Source: Acidobacteriota bacterium
Lineage (GTDB): Bacteria > Acidobacteriota > UBA6911 > RPQK01 > JAJDTT01
Reading direction: 5' to 3'
DNA: 64,000 bases
Assembly (NCBI GenBank): GCA_965217775.1
Contig: CBDCJH010000002.1
Coordinates: forward strand, 384,001 to 448,000
Below, piece by piece: positions 48,557 through 60,328 of the stretch. The notes under the pieces are model-generated. The model had not been told where the DNA came from and searched no databases. It saw only the letters and a program-made list of their open reading frames with translations. Position numbers and translations under genes: made by a program. Each line of letters begins with the position of its first letter. The stretch's first letter is position 1.

Positions 48557-49698
48557 ATCGAAGAAGGCGTCAACTGCATTCCACCGGTAAACCGGGCGAT
48601 CCCGTCCGGGTTCCACTCCAGGCCGAGTCCCGGACCGTCCGGAATCGGAATCATCCCGTCTTCATCGGGATGAATGGGGACGGCCAGCAGCTCTTCGATG
48701 TAGGGTGCCGGCGTAATGTATTCGACCCAGCGCGCACAGGGGACGGCGGCGACGAGTTGAAGATCGGCTGCCAGGCCGATCGCCGTATTCCAGCCGTGAG
48801 GAACGAAACGGATCGAGTGATCGTCCGCATATCGAGCAATGCGAATTTCCTCGCTGATTCCTCCGACTTTGGTGACGTCGGGCTGGATGTAGTCCACGGC
48901 TCTCCGTTCGATCCACTCGATAAATGACTGTCGCCGCGTGAAGACTTCACAGCCGGAAATGGGCAGCGGCGCATTTTCGGTCAACGCCACATAGCCGTTC
49001 AGATCATCCGGCCGTAGCGGCTCTTCAAACCAGGTAATCCCGTAGTCAGCGAGCATCTGCGCGGTCTGCAGTCCCCATTTGTAGCCATGCGGCCAAAAGG
49101 CATCCGAACCGCCGGCGTCCACCATCAATTCGATATCCGGACCCACCGTTTCGCGCGCGGCCTTGACGATGGCTTCATCGGTCTGCCGGTCACGGCGGCC
49201 GAACGGACCCCACCCGATCTTGAAGGCACGGAATCCCCGGCTGAGCCCGTCTTTCAGCGAGGCTCGCAATATTTCGGGTTCATCCATCAGCAGGGAACCG
49301 TACGGCTTGACCCGGTCGCGGTAGCGGCCTCCCAGCAGCCGGCTGATGGGCTGGCCGGTGACCTTCCCGAGAATGTCCCAGAGCGCGATGTCGATGCCCG
49401 AAATGGCGTGGGTGACGGCCCCGCCGCGGCCCTGCCAGAAGGTCTGCTGGTGGCAAGTCTCGGTCGTCGCCGCCGGATCCAGGGCGGAGGCGCCGATCAG
49501 GAACGGCCGCATCACTTCGATGGCGCCCCGGATCAGCCGTTCCGAGGTGAACGCGCTGCCCACCCCGGTCACGCCTTCATCGGTGATGACCTCGACCAGC
49601 GTGTGCAGGTTGTTCTCGAGATCGGAAAACTTGTCATCCCATCCACCATCGGGAGTTTCGCCGCGGAGCGGCAGCAGACGGATGTCCTGAATCTTCAT
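48553..49698 (-). CDS. Mandelate racemase/muconate lactonizing enzyme family protein
   Basis: DIALWDILGK, FKIG, LMVDAG, WFEEP and QPDVTKVGG. Confidence 0.88.
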   Translation of the reverse strand: MKIQDIRLLPLRGETPDGGWDDKFSDLENNLHTLVEVITDEGVTGVGSAFTSERLIRGAIEVMRPFLIGASALDPAATTETCHQQTFWQGRGGAVTHAISGIDIALWDILGKVTGQPISRLLGGRYRDRVKPYGSLLMDEPEILRASLKDGLSRGFRAFKIGWGPFGRRDRQTDEAIVKAARETVGPDIELMVDAGGSDAFWPHGYKWGLQTAQMLADYGITWFEEPLRPDDLNGYVALTENAPLPISGCEVFTRRQSFIEWIERRAVDYIQPDVTKVGGISEEIRIARYADDHSIRFVPHGWNTAIGLAADLQLVAAVPCARWVEYITPAPYIEELLAVPIHPDEDGMIPIPDGPGLGLEWNPDGIARFTGGMQLTPSSI

Positions 49699-49791
49699 CG
49701 GAATCCCCTTTCCTGGACCGGTGACCAGGATGCGCCTGGCGGCGGACGCCGAGACGGTGTCCCTTGGAGATTGAAAAGGTGGACTACCGCA

Positions 49792-51537
49792 TCACAATTC
49801 GTGAACGGCCACCGAATTCTCATTGCGGAGCCGCCGACGCAGGACTGCCGTGGCCTTTTGGTCCACTGCCAGATCGTCGTCGAAAACCACGCCGTAGTCA
49901 TCGCGAGCCGCTTGGATCGACACTTTCTCGTTCCTGACGTCCCGCTGAACGGCCTCCGGGGGCCGATCGAGCGGTTCGCCCCAGCCACCGCCCCCAGGCT
50001 GCCGATGGTAGAGAACGTCGCCTTCCTTCAACGTGCTCGAAATCATGACGGGAAGGACTTCCTGGTCTTCCTCCCGGCTCAGAACGGTGAGGGAACCCGT
50101 TCCAGGTTTCCCCGAGTAGAGTCCATAAGGGAGGTGGTCGCGCCGGTCGGAACGGATGGCCAAGTGGGTTTCGCCCTCCATCAACTCCCATTCCCGTTCG
50201 ACGGCCAAGCCGCCGCGGTACCTTCCGGCGCCTCCCGAGTCTCCCACCAGGCCGTAGCGCCGGATGCGGAGCGGGTACTCGGTCTCGGCGTGCTCTACGG
50301 GTATGTTGCTGGCGACGTTGATGGGATTGCAGAGGCCGTCGTTGCCGTCGCGGTCCGGACGGCCACCCCAGGTTCCGGTCATCAACTCGTAGTAGACATA
50401 CGGCGACCGGTCCTTTCGCATCCCCCCGATCACCACCAACGTGTTGCCTCCTTCACCTGCTGCCAGAATCCGGTCGGGCAGCAGCCCGGCCAGCGCACCG
50501 AAAATCGCATCGACCATGCGAAAGCCGGTCACGCCGCGCATCGATGAGGCGCCGGGCATGACGACGTTTACCACGGTGCCGGGCTCGGTAATGATGTTCA
50601 GGGGCTTGAACATGCCGGCGGTATTGGGCACCTCCTCCCGCATGGCGCAGCGGACACAGACGGCTACGGCGCCTTCAGTGAAGGAGAGCGTGCTGTTGAG
50701 TGCCCCGCGGACTTGCGGATCGGTGCCGGTGAAGTCGGCGGTCAGGGAATCGCCTTCGATAGTGACCTTCACCTGGAGACGCACCCTCGGCCCTCCGACT
50801 CCATCGCTGTCCATGTAGTCGGTGAAGGTGTTGCTGCCGTCCGGCCAGGCGGCGATCTCGGCCCGCATCAGGCGCTCCGTGTAGGCGATGAGATCGTCGG
50901 CACAATCGGCAAATGTCTCGGGACCATGACGCTCCACGAGCGACTGGACGGCGCGAGCACCGATGTTGCAGGCGGCAACCTGGGCCCGGAGGTCACCGAT
51001 GGTCTGCTCGGGAACCCGGACATTGGTGCGCATCAACTCGAAGATCGCCACGTCGGGTTCTCCCTGGTGGAAGAGTTTGAGCCAGGGAATGCGGAATCCT
51101 TCCTGGAAAATCTCCGTATTGTCACACGCCGAGCTTCCGGGCAGACGTCCTCCCAGATCGAGGTGGTGTGCCGTACTGACGGCAAAGGAAACTCGACGGC
51201 CCTCAATGAAAATGGGTTTGACGACATAGATGTCGGGGATGTGCATTCCTCCGCCGAAAGGATCGTTCATGATGAAAACGTCCTCCGGCTCCATGTCGTC
51301 GCCGTACTTGTCCAGCAGGGTCTCCATGGCGTGGGGGACCGATCCCAGATGCAGGGGGATCGTCACGCCTTGCGCGATCATCTCGCCCTGGGCGTTGCAC
51401 AGTGACGTGGAGTAGTCGAGACAGTCCCGGACGATCGTGGAGTAAGCCGTCCGATAGAGCGCCAGTGACATTTCGTCGGCGGCCGACGAGAGGGCGTTCT
51501 GAATGATTTCACGGGTGATGGGATCGATCTCGGTCAT
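49792..51537 (-). CDS. Hydantoinase B / 5-oxoprolinase subunit
   Basis: RTAYSTIVRD, NDPFGGGMHIPD, HHLDLGG, DSGGAGRYRGG and PGGGGWG. Confidence 0.9.
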   Translation of the reverse strand: MTEIDPITREIIQNALSSAADEMSLALYRTAYSTIVRDCLDYSTSLCNAQGEMIAQGVTIPLHLGSVPHAMETLLDKYGDDMEPEDVFIMNDPFGGGMHIPDIYVVKPIFIEGRRVSFAVSTAHHLDLGGRLPGSSACDNTEIFQEGFRIPWLKLFHQGEPDVAIFELMRTNVRVPEQTIGDLRAQVAACNIGARAVQSLVERHGPETFADCADDLIAYTERLMRAEIAAWPDGSNTFTDYMDSDGVGGPRVRLQVKVTIEGDSLTADFTGTDPQVRGALNSTLSFTEGAVAVCVRCAMREEVPNTAGMFKPLNIITEPGTVVNVVMPGASSMRGVTGFRMVDAIFGALAGLLPDRILAAGEGGNTLVVIGGMRKDRSPYVYYELMTGTWGGRPDRDGNDGLCNPINVASNIPVEHAETEYPLRIRRYGLVGDSGGAGRYRGGLAVEREWELMEGETHLAIRSDRRDHLPYGLYSGKPGTGSLTVLSREEDQEVLPVMISSTLKEGDVLYHRQPGGGGWGEPLDRPPEAVQRDVRNEKVSIQAARDDYGVVFDDDLAVDQKATAVLRRRLRNENSVAVHEL

Positions 51538-53623
51538 CGACGAACTCCAGGTTTAGATTCCCCTGTTGGTCCAGCCAGGCACGGGCGCCGGGCGGTACGA
51601 CGATGGTCGAATCGTATTCGTCGATCAACAAAGGACCATTTTGAGGGTCTCTCAGGTCGCTACGGCCCAGCACGGGCGCATCCATCACCGTTCCGGAAAA
51701 ACAGGCCCTGCGGCTGGGCGCCCTGGTGCCCAGATATTCGGCCGGCTTCAAGGCCCCCTCCTGGCGCGGTTCCCCGGCCCGGCCGATCAATCGGACGGCC
51801 ACCACTTCGATGGGATTGTCGGGATCGGAACGGTGTCCGTAGAGTTTCTCGTGCTCCGCTACAAAATCAGTGCACAGGTTTTGGACGGTATGGCCGCTGA
51901 TCTCGTCTGCGGTGATCTCCAAGCGAATCTCGGAGGTCTGCCCCTTGAAGCGTACGTCGCAGGCGGCCGACAACCGGACCTGTTCGGCGGGGAAGCCCTC
52001 GGCCTGGAACTGGGCCAGCATCTTCGCGCGCATCTCGTCGCTGACGTTCCGAAGCGCCGTCGCCGTCAAATCTGTTCCGGAAAGCAGACAACTGCGAACG
52101 TCGTGGTGCTCGATTCCCGAAAAGAGCAGTCCCAAGGCGCTGAACAGGCCCGGCAGCGCAGGAACGATCATTCGGCTGATGCCCAGTTCACGCGCCAGGC
52201 CCGCAGCATGGATCGGCCCGGAGCCCCCGAACGCCATCAACACGAAATGGCGCGGGTCGCGTCCGCGTTCGGTGGAGACGGCCCGCAAAGCCCTCATGGT
52301 GCGGGCATTTCCGATGCGATGGATGCCTTCGGCCGCCTGAATGAGATCCAGGCCCAGAGGCGCTGCGATCTGGTCGGTAATGGCTCTCTCCGCGGATTCG
52401 CGATCGATACTGACCTGGCCGTCCGCCAGATCGCCGGGCCGGATGTAGCCCAGGACCACGTTGGCGTCCGTCAGTGTGGTTGCCCGGCCACCCCGTTGAT
52501 AGCAGACGGGGCCGGGCACGGCGCCGGCACTGCGCGGACCGACCCGCAGGCCCCCGGCCCGGTCCAGGTAGGCGATGCTTCCGCCACCGGCTCCCACCTC
52601 CGCAATGTCGATGCTGGGCGCCCGAATCAGTTCACCGCCGCCTCCCACCAGCCGGCTGACGACGGAGAGTGAGGAGCCCACCTCGTATTCCGGACTGTAG
52701 TCGATCTTTCCGCCTTCGATCATGGAGGCCTTGGCCGTGGTTCCCCCCATGTCCAGTGTGATGACGTTTTCGATCCCCAGACGGCCAGCCGTAAAACCTG
52801 CGGCCAGGACTCCCGCCGCCGGGCCCGATTCCAGCACGAACACGGGACGGCGCGCCGCATTGTCGTCCGGCGTCAATCCGCCTGCGGACTGCATGATGTG
52901 GAGCGGGGCATCGATTTCCAGGTCGTGAAGTCCGTGCCGCAGGGCGTTCAGGTACACGTGCATGATGGGCCGCACGTAAGCGTTGACGACCGTGGTTGCC
53001 GTCCGTTCGTACTCCTTCCGCTCCGGCAGCACCTCGTGCGAAAGCGAGACGGGTGTGTTAGGGAAATGCTTGCGCAGAAACCGGCCCACGACCATCTCAT
53101 GCTGGGGATACGCGTACGAATGGATGAAACAGACCGCGATGGACTCGACTGCCTCGGCCTCGAGCCGCTCCTTGATACGCCATAGATCGGCTTCATTCAG
53201 CGGTGTCAGGACGGCGCCGTCGGCCGCAATCCGCTCGTCGACCTCGAAACGGAGATAGCGTTCCACCAGAATCTCCGGTTTGTCGAAAAACACGTCGTAG
53301 ATCTGGGGAGCCCGGATGCGGCGCAGCTCCAGCACGTCCCGGAAGCCCTTGGTGGTGATCAGGGCCGTCTTGGCGCCCCGATGTTCCAAGACGGCGTTGG
53401 TGGCCACCGTGGTACCGTGAGCGACTTGCCTCACCGCGGGACCGCCGGTCCTGCTCTCGCGCATAAGACTCGCGCTGGCGAGCAGGACCGCCTGCTCGAA
53501 GTCGGGGGGAGTCGAAGGCACCTTCTGGCTCCAGATTCTACCCTCGGCGTCCAGGAGGATCACGTCTGTAAACGTACCGCCAACGTCGGCGCCAATCCGG
53601 ATGTGTCCTTGTTGTTCACTCAT
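51509..53623 (-). CDS. Hydantoinase A / 5-oxoprolinase subunit
   Basis: DVGGTFTD, HGTTVATNA, SGPAAGV, DMGGTT and GAGGGSIA. Confidence 0.9.
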   Translation of the reverse strand: MSEQQGHIRIGADVGGTFTDVILLDAEGRIWSQKVPSTPPDFEQAVLLASASLMRESRTGGPAVRQVAHGTTVATNAVLEHRGAKTALITTKGFRDVLELRRIRAPQIYDVFFDKPEILVERYLRFEVDERIAADGAVLTPLNEADLWRIKERLEAEAVESIAVCFIHSYAYPQHEMVVGRFLRKHFPNTPVSLSHEVLPERKEYERTATTVVNAYVRPIMHVYLNALRHGLHDLEIDAPLHIMQSAGGLTPDDNAARRPVFVLESGPAAGVLAAGFTAGRLGIENVITLDMGGTTAKASMIEGGKIDYSPEYEVGSSLSVVSRLVGGGGELIRAPSIDIAEVGAGGGSIAYLDRAGGLRVGPRSAGAVPGPVCYQRGGRATTLTDANVVLGYIRPGDLADGQVSIDRESAERAITDQIAAPLGLDLIQAAEGIHRIGNARTMRALRAVSTERGRDPRHFVLMAFGGSGPIHAAGLARELGISRMIVPALPGLFSALGLLFSGIEHHDVRSCLLSGTDLTATALRNVSDEMRAKMLAQFQAEGFPAEQVRLSAACDVRFKGQTSEIRLEITADEISGHTVQNLCTDFVAEHEKLYGHRSDPDNPIEVVAVRLIGRAGEPRQEGALKPAEYLGTRAPSRRACFSGTVMDAPVLGRSDLRDPQNGPLLIDEYDSTIVVPPGARAWLDQQGNLNLEFVDDRDRSHHP

Positions 53624-54020
53624 AATCAGATAACAAACAGGATTGGTGAGTATCTTCGGTGTTGTGTCGGATCGTGCGCAGGGTCTTCATCTCCAACAGG
53701 CGTTCACCGTGGCTGAGTAGCCTAACTTGCACCGGGAGACGGTTCAAGACGTGATCTCTTTGAGGTCGTCGAAGATCCGGCTCCACGGGAGGCGGCTTTC
53801 TTGCCGCCCATTGGGACAGGCGACTTTCTTGTCGCCTGCAGGAGGGGTGACTCCCAGTCGCCTGTTCCTTCTCTGCTCCGTTGATACTGTGGAGTTCGAC
53901 GGCTGGAATGCACCCCGCTCCCATTTGGCGGCGGTGCCGCGGCTGAAGTCGCGGATCGCCACATCAGGAAAGTGTACGCTGCAACCGTGTAAACTTGCCG
54001 ATGAAAATATGGATCTGATC

Positions 54021-54308
54021 ATGAAAAATATCCCCTTGAGCGCCGACGAGAACCTGATTGAGGCGGGGCACCAGGCTGCCGCGGCCATGAGAGTGATCCG
54101 CGAGTTGCAAGCCAGCATTTTCACCGGAGGACACACGTTCACTCGGGATCCGATAAATGAGCGTTGAATATATTCTCGACACCCACGTCTCGGGTTCTTG
54201 TTCTTTGCGGCCGCGATCGAAGCGGGCTGCAGAATCCTATACAGCGAAGACCGTCAGCATGGACAGCAGATTTCAGGCGTCACCATCACGAATCCTTTCG
54301 GGAAGTGA
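54021..54308 (+). pseudogene. Internally deleted antitoxin plus PIN toxin remnant
   Basis: MKNIPLSADENLIEA...FTRDPINER (54021-54167), then MSVEYILDT joined out of frame to [30 protein letters not shown] (54157-54308). Confidence 0.65.
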
Positions 54309-54382
54309 GTAGATCCGGGGCAGAGAAAGTGAACCGGAAGAGGGTCGAAGTGCTCCAGCGTACCGACGACAATCCTGGCGAC

Positions 54383-55111
54383 ATGACGATGAACTTGACC
54401 AACCTGTTCTTCGAACGCCCCATCCTCAACTCGCCGTACGAGTATCCGAACCGGCATTGGGAACTGGACGGGGCCGGGCAGCCGACTCAGAAGATCATCG
54501 AAAGCCGTCGGCCGGCCGAATTCATCACGCCGATCCCGAAACCTAGAAAGCGTGGACGCCGGCAACGCGAGATGGTCTTCGACGAGCAGGCGCCGCCGCT
54601 CTTCATCCAGGAGGTGGAAGGAAAATCGAATCGCTATGTCCGTTTTTTAGATGACTTCTCAGTTTATCCTCGGACAAATGTATGGCTTGACGTGGGCGGC
54701 GTCCAAAGCCGTACAGATCCAAAGGTGTATGTAGTGCAAACTGCTACCGAAGCCGTCAAGCGTTGCATTTTGATGACTACGGATCCCGGCGACCTAGTGC
54801 TGGATCCCACCTGTGGATCCGGTACGGCTGCCTACGTAGCCGAACAATGGGGCCGGCGCTGGATCACCATCGACACGTCTCGCGTCGCCCTCGCCCTGGC
54901 CCGCTCTCGTGTCATGGGCGCACGCTATCCCTACTTCCTTCTCTCCGACAGTCGCGATGGACAATTGAAAGAAGCCGAGATCAACCGAGATGCCTGGGCT
55001 ACCCTTCGTAGCGACACCTCTCGCCCCTTCGCCAAACCCCAGTCCGGCCGGATCGTCGTCAAGGTCATCAACCACCTCGGCGACGAAGTGATGAAGGTGT
55101 TCCGTGTCTGA
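54383..55111 (+). pseudogene. Collapsed type III restriction-modification remnant (Res N-terminus fused to Mod fragments)
   Basis: [16 protein letters not shown] resembles a Res N-terminus. [28 protein letters not shown] and the end [15 protein letters not shown] resemble Mod. No DPPY motif. Confidence 0.7.
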
Positions 55112-55616
55112 GCGGGGGATTTCGGACATCAAACCACGCGTATATGTTGAGACCACCGTAGTCAGCTATCTGACTGCCCGTCCGGCGCGTGACATCGTTG
55201 TTGCGGGACATCAGCAGAGCACGCGCGACTGGTGGACGAGGGCCGAAACAAGGTTCGAACTGGTGATTTCCGATCTGGTCTACGAGGAAGCGGGTGCGGG
55301 TGATCCTGACGCGGCCAGGAAACGGTTGAACGCGATCGCCTCACTGGTGCAGCTTGAAGCGACTCCCGAAGCGCAAATGCTGACTGAACGGCTAGTCGCC
55401 GCCGGTGCCATCCCTGAGCGAGCCGTCCGTGACGCTGCCCATATCGCCATCGCTGCAGCCAACGGAGTCGAATACCTTGTCACTTGGAACTTTCGTCATA
55501 TCGCCAACGCGATGACAAGGATGCAGATTGAGTCCGTCTGTCGGCGGTCGGGTGTTGAATCCCCCGTGATTTGCAGTCCAGATGAATTGATGGAGGACAT
55601 CAACGATGAGGAGTGA
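55104..55616 (+). CDS. PIN-domain (VapC-like) toxin
   Basis: [18 protein letters not shown] and [12 protein letters not shown]. Confidence 0.85.
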   Translation: MSERGISDIKPRVYVETTVVSYLTARPARDIVVAGHQQSTRDWWTRAETRFELVISDLVYEEAGAGDPDAARKRLNAIASLVQLEATPEAQMLTERLVAAGAIPERAVRDAAHIAIAAANGVEYLVTWNFRHIANAMTRMQIESVCRRSGVESPVICSPDELMEDINDEE

Positions 55617-55803
55617 CCCGATTGTGGATGAAGTTCGCGCTATAAGAAACAGACTTGCCGCTCAGTGCGAGTACGACGTCGATCAGATCTTCCGACGTAT
55701 CCGGCGCCGCCAAGTCGACTCCGGCCGGAATTACGTGCGGTACCCCGCCCGCAGAGTGACGAAAGACAAAGACACGCGAGGGTTTGGCGCGGATAGTTGG
55801 TAA
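55606..55803 (+). CDS. Small protein, probable partner of the PIN toxin
   Basis: [22 protein letters not shown]; overlaps the toxin stop. Confidence 0.65.
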   Translation: MRSDPIVDEVRAIRNRLAAQCEYDVDQIFRRIRRRQVDSGRNYVRYPARRVTKDKDTRGFGADSW

Positions 55804-56118
55804 ATGTCCCAGTGATCTGTTGGTTGTACTGAGAATGATTTCGTGACGGTTCCTATCGTTTCACCCCAACACCCGCGGGATCCGTAACGCCTCCGCCGGT
55901 AACAACTGATGGTTCAGCACGGCTGGCCGCATCGAGTGACGCTTCTTCAAGCTGCACAAGTCGGATTTTTGGGGAATCGGGATCCTTTGTTTGACAGAAC
56001 TCTTCACCCCAGCAAGACCGGGAATCCGTCCGTATGCACCGTCAACCGCGACGGTCGATTCGTGCCGGACACATGCCGTTGTGACTTCTTCGTCGGAGAT
56101 CTGTGAGTCAAGGCAAGC

Positions 56119-56940
56119 ATGGACTTCCTTATCGCCGACACCTTCACCGGAGGCTTGGCCAAGCTGACTGGTAACGAGCAGAAGGCAGCCAAGACCACCG
56201 TCCTCGACCTCCGATTGAACCCGGCGCAGCCCGGACACCGGTTCCACAAGCTGGACCGAGCCCGCGATCCACGGTTCTGGTCCGTGCGCGTCAATCGTGA
56301 TGTTCGGATGATCGTCCATCGGACCGGCAAGAACCTGCTGCTGTGCTACGTGGATCACCATGACAGAGCCTACCATTGGGCCGAACGGCGCAAACTGGTC
56401 ACCCACCCCAAGACCGGTGCGGCCCAACTGGTGGAAGTTCGGGAGACGGGTGAAGAGATCACGGTCCCCAGATTCGTGGATGTCGAGAAGGACTTGTCGC
56501 CCAAGCCGCTTCTGTTCAAACACCTCGCCGAGCGCGAGCTGCTGAGTTACGGAGTGCCGCCGGAATCGCTGAACGACGTACGCAAAGCCGACGAGGACAG
56601 TATTCTGGAAATCGCCGATCATCTTCCGGAAGAGGCGGCGGAGGCATTGCTCAAGTTCGCCGTCGGGGAAACTCCGAAACCCGTCCAGCCGGAGGTCGTT
56701 CCCGATCCCTTCGAGCATCCTGATGCTCAACGAAGATTCCGCGTCATAGACGACGTAGCGGAGTTGGAGCACGCTCTTGAATATCCAGCGGAGAAATGGG
56801 CGGTCTTCCTCCATCCGGCGCAGCGTCAAATCGTAGAAGCGATCTACGGAGCGCCTTTGACAAGGCAACTTTCCAGTCGCCCGTTTCCGTTTTCGCCCGT
56901 TACGCTGCGTCTCACCCTATCTCCGGAGTTCGGCGACTGA
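56119..56940 (+). pseudogene. Truncated UvrD-like helicase with RelE-like N-terminal domain
   Basis: FHKLDRARDPRFWSVRVNRDVR N-domain. Recognisable sequence ends at FLHPAQRQIVE, just before the expected Walker A. Confidence 0.65.
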
Positions 56941-57095
56941 GAGCCGCCGCTCCCGCGAGGTGCCGGCCGGTAGGGGATCTTCTCGCAGACCTTCAGGCGT
57001 ACTGGAACCGGACCCGGCGTAGTCGATCCGCGACCAGTGAGCTATCCTTCTGCTATGGAACCGTAAAGGCCCTGCTGGTTGGAAGCTGACCTGAA

Positions 57096-59072
57096 ATGGA
57101 AAAGACAGACAGATCGCTGGCAATAAAGGCCTACGAAGACATGTTGACCATTCGGGCGTTTGAGGAAGAGGTGACTCGCCAGTTCCGGGGCGGCAATTTC
57201 CCGCGCCATGCCCACACCTACCAGGGACAGGAGGCAGTCGCGGTCGGCGTCTGCCAGGCACTGGAGCGGGATGACTTCATCACCAGCACTCACCGGGGCC
57301 ATGGCCACCTCATCGCCAAGGGGGCCGATCTACGACGCTCGATGGCCGAATTTGCCGGTAAAGCCACTGGGTATTGCAAGGGCAAGGGCGGCGAGATGCA
57401 CGTCATCGATCTCAAGATCGGGATGCTGGGAGCGGTCAGTGTCGTGGGTGGCGGAATCCCGCTTGCGGTCGGAAGCGGCCTGGCCAGCCAAGTGGGCCGG
57501 GACAGCCGAGTGACCGTCTGCTTTTTCGGCGACGGAGCCGCCAACCAGGGAACCTTTCACGAGGGGCTCAACCTGGCCGCGGCTTGGAAGCTTCCCGTCG
57601 TTTTCGTCTGCGAGAACAACGGCTACGCCATGACGGTGAAGTCGTCGAACGTGACTTCCGTTGAGGATTTGGCCGTCCGGGCCGGATCCTATGGGATACC
57701 CGGGTTCAGTGTCGACGGCAACGATTTCGCCGCGGTACACGAGGCGGCCAAGAGAGCGGTGGGGAAGGCCCGGGACGGCAAGGGTCCGTCCCTGATCGTC
57801 TGCAATACCTTCCGTTACGAACCGCACGCCACCGTCTTTCCGCCCGCCCTGCACCCGGCGCCGGCGGAGGAAGTCAAGGAATGGAAGCATCGCGATCCCA
57901 TCGACCGCCTCCGTCGTGAGCAGACGAACGTCCTCACGGAGGAAGAGGACGAGGCCATTCGCGCTCGTGTGCGCGTTCGGGTGGAAGACGCCCTTCGCTT
58001 TGCTTTGGATTCGGAATGGCCGGATCCGTCCGAAGCCACCACGGAGGTCTATTCGCCGGCTTACGTTCCCCCCCGCCCTGAGCCGCCCGCAGGCAGCCGC
58101 AAGATCACGTACACCCAAGCTCTCAACGAAGCGCTCCGGGAGGAGATGACAGGTGACGATCGTTTGATCGTCATCGGAGAAGACGTCGAAATCCTGGGAG
58201 GGTTGTTCGGAGTCACTCGCGGTCTGGCCCGCCAGTTCAAGGATCGCGTCCGGGATACGCCGATCTCGGAGAATTCCTTCACCGGAGTGGGGATCGGGGC
58301 GGCCGTGCGCGGCTATCGGGTCGTGGTTGAATTGATGTACGTGGATTTCACGACCCTGGCCATGGACCAGATCGTCAATCTCGGGGCCAAGCTCCACTAC
58401 ATGACCGGCGGCCAGGTCAAGGTGCCGGTGGTGATTCGAACCGCGACCGGCGCCGGCGGCAGCGGCAGCGCCACCCATTCACAGAGTCTAGAAGCGTGGC
58501 TCTATCACGTTCCCGGATTGAAGTTGGTCATGCCGACCACGCCCTACGATGCCAAGGGTCTGCTGAAGACCGCGATCCGGGATGACAATCCGGTCCTGTT
58601 CCTGGAGCACAAGCTGCTCTACCAGACCAAGGGTCCGGTCCCCGAAATCGACTATGCGATTCCCTTCGGGGAAGCGGTCATCCGTCGCCCGGGGGATGAC
58701 GTCACCGTCGTGGCCACCGGAGCGATGGTCCAGGAGGCTCTCAAGGCCGCCGACGATCTGTCGCGGCGGGAGAACGTCGAACTGGAGGTGATCGATCCCC
58801 GGACTATCGTGCCCCTCGATATGGAAACCATCGTTTCCTCAGTCAGAAAAACACGCACGGCGGTGGTCTTGAACGAGGCTCCCCGCCAAGGCTCTTTTGC
58901 CGCCTGCTTGGCCAGCGAGATCGGAGAAGCGGCATTCGATTGGCTGGACGCTCCGGTCGTCGCACTGGGAATGCAACATACGCCTATTCCGTTCTCTCCG
59001 GCCTTGGAGAAAGAGTTGATTCCCAACGCTGAGCTGCTGAAAGCGGCGGTTCGGGAGCAGCTTGACCTTTGA
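57096..59072 (+). CDS. 2-oxoacid/acetoin dehydrogenase E1 alpha-beta fusion
   Basis: GQEA, THRGHGH and GDGAANQG...ENNGY (alpha); GEDV, DTPISE and HSQSLE (beta). Confidence 0.9.
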   Translation: MEKTDRSLAIKAYEDMLTIRAFEEEVTRQFRGGNFPRHAHTYQGQEAVAVGVCQALERDDFITSTHRGHGHLIAKGADLRRSMAEFAGKATGYCKGKGGEMHVIDLKIGMLGAVSVVGGGIPLAVGSGLASQVGRDSRVTVCFFGDGAANQGTFHEGLNLAAAWKLPVVFVCENNGYAMTVKSSNVTSVEDLAVRAGSYGIPGFSVDGNDFAAVHEAAKRAVGKARDGKGPSLIVCNTFRYEPHATVFPPALHPAPAEEVKEWKHRDPIDRLRREQTNVLTEEEDEAIRARVRVRVEDALRFALDSEWPDPSEATTEVYSPAYVPPRPEPPAGSRKITYTQALNEALREEMTGDDRLIVIGEDVEILGGLFGVTRGLARQFKDRVRDTPISENSFTGVGIGAAVRGYRVVVELMYVDFTTLAMDQIVNLGAKLHYMTGGQVKVPVVIRTATGAGGSGSATHSQSLEAWLYHVPGLKLVMPTTPYDAKGLLKTAIRDDNPVLFLEHKLLYQTKGPVPEIDYAIPFGEAVIRRPGDDVTVVATGAMVQEALKAADDLSRRENVELEVIDPRTIVPLDMETIVSSVRKTRTAVVLNEAPRQGSFAACLASEIGEAAFDWLDAPVVALGMQHTPIPFSPALEKELIPNAELLKAAVREQLDL

Positions 59073-59131
59073 GTTCGCCACGGAGCAATCGGTTTGACTT
59101 CACGGACGCCGCTGGGCAAAGGTGATTCGCC

Positions 59132-60328
59132 ATGACCGATCTCAGAATGCCCGCATACGGGATCTCCGATGCCGGAGGCACGGTCATTCGGTGGCTGAAG
59201 AAGATAGGGGACGCCGTTCAAGCGGGCGAATCCCTGGTCCTGGTCGAAACCGAAAAGGCGGCGGTGGAGTTGGATTCCCCGGCCACCGGGATCTTGCGAG
59301 AGATTTGTGTCGACCAAGGTCACGTCTCCGTCGCACAGCTTCTGGCCGTCATCGAGGACGAGACTGCCGCCGGCGAATCTCCAATTCCGCGTCCAACTTC
59401 CGCCGAATCGACGAGGACGGGTCCCGCCACGGAAGGCGTTCCGGAAGGTTCGGTCGTACCGCGGCGCCCGGCCCGCTCGACCAGGCTCTCAGCCGAGCCC
59501 AATGTGCGCGCGGCGCCCGCAGCCCGGCGTCTGGCCCGGAAGCATGGCATCGATCTGGGCCGGATCCGGGGAACCGGGCCCCGAGGCCGGATCGTCAGGG
59601 CCGATGTGGAACAACTGATCGGCGCCTCCCAACCCGGCTCGGCAGCCATAGCCTCCGGCAGTGGACCCGAAACGGAGCGGGAGGAACTCTCGCAGATAAG
59701 GCGTGTGGTGGCCCAGCGAATGATCGAGAGCGCCACGACCATCCCTCAGTTCCATCTGACCGTGGACGCCGACGCCAGCGCACTGCTGAAGGCGTACCGG
59801 CAACGGCGGCAGACCGCCCAGGGGATCTCGATGACCGCGTTTTTGGTCAAGGTGCTGGCGGAATTGCTGAAGCGCAATCCCCGTTTCAACGCCTCCTGGA
59901 AAGAGGATCACATCGAGATCCACCGCGATGTGAATATCAATGTTGCGGTGGCCACCGATCGAGGACTGCTCGTCCCCGTCCTGCGTGATTGCGCTTCCGG
60001 AACGATCGACGAAATCGACGAGCAACTGGTTGATCTGGTGAGTCGCGCCAGAGCGGGGAAAGTCCTTCCCGAAGACTTCGCCGGGGGCACCTTCACTCTG
60101 AGCAACCTCGGCATGTACGGGATCCGCGAGTTCAACGGCCTGATCAATCCCCCCCAGAGTGCGCTGCTGGCCGTCGGAGAGATCCGGGAGCGACCCTTCG
60201 TGAACCAGGGGATGATCGGGATTCGGCCCGAGATGTCGCTCACGCTGGCGGCGGATCATCGCGTCGTCGACGGCGCCGAGGCCGCCCAGTTTCTGGATGC
60301 GTTGCGAAGAAGCCTGACTCGCCTGTGA
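59132..60328 (+). CDS. Dihydrolipoamide acyltransferase (E2)
   Basis: Lipoyl motif ETEKA, E3-binding GTGPRGRI and catalytic DHRVVDG. Confidence 0.9.
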   Translation: MTDLRMPAYGISDAGGTVIRWLKKIGDAVQAGESLVLVETEKAAVELDSPATGILREICVDQGHVSVAQLLAVIEDETAAGESPIPRPTSAESTRTGPATEGVPEGSVVPRRPARSTRLSAEPNVRAAPAARRLARKHGIDLGRIRGTGPRGRIVRADVEQLIGASQPGSAAIASGSGPETEREELSQIRRVVAQRMIESATTIPQFHLTVDADASALLKAYRQRRQTAQGISMTAFLVKVLAELLKRNPRFNASWKEDHIEIHRDVNINVAVATDRGLLVPVLRDCASGTIDEIDEQLVDLVSRARAGKVLPEDFAGGTFTLSNLGMYGIREFNGLINPPQSALLAVGEIRERPFVNQGMIGIRPEMSLTLAADHRVVDGAEAAQFLDALRRSLTRL

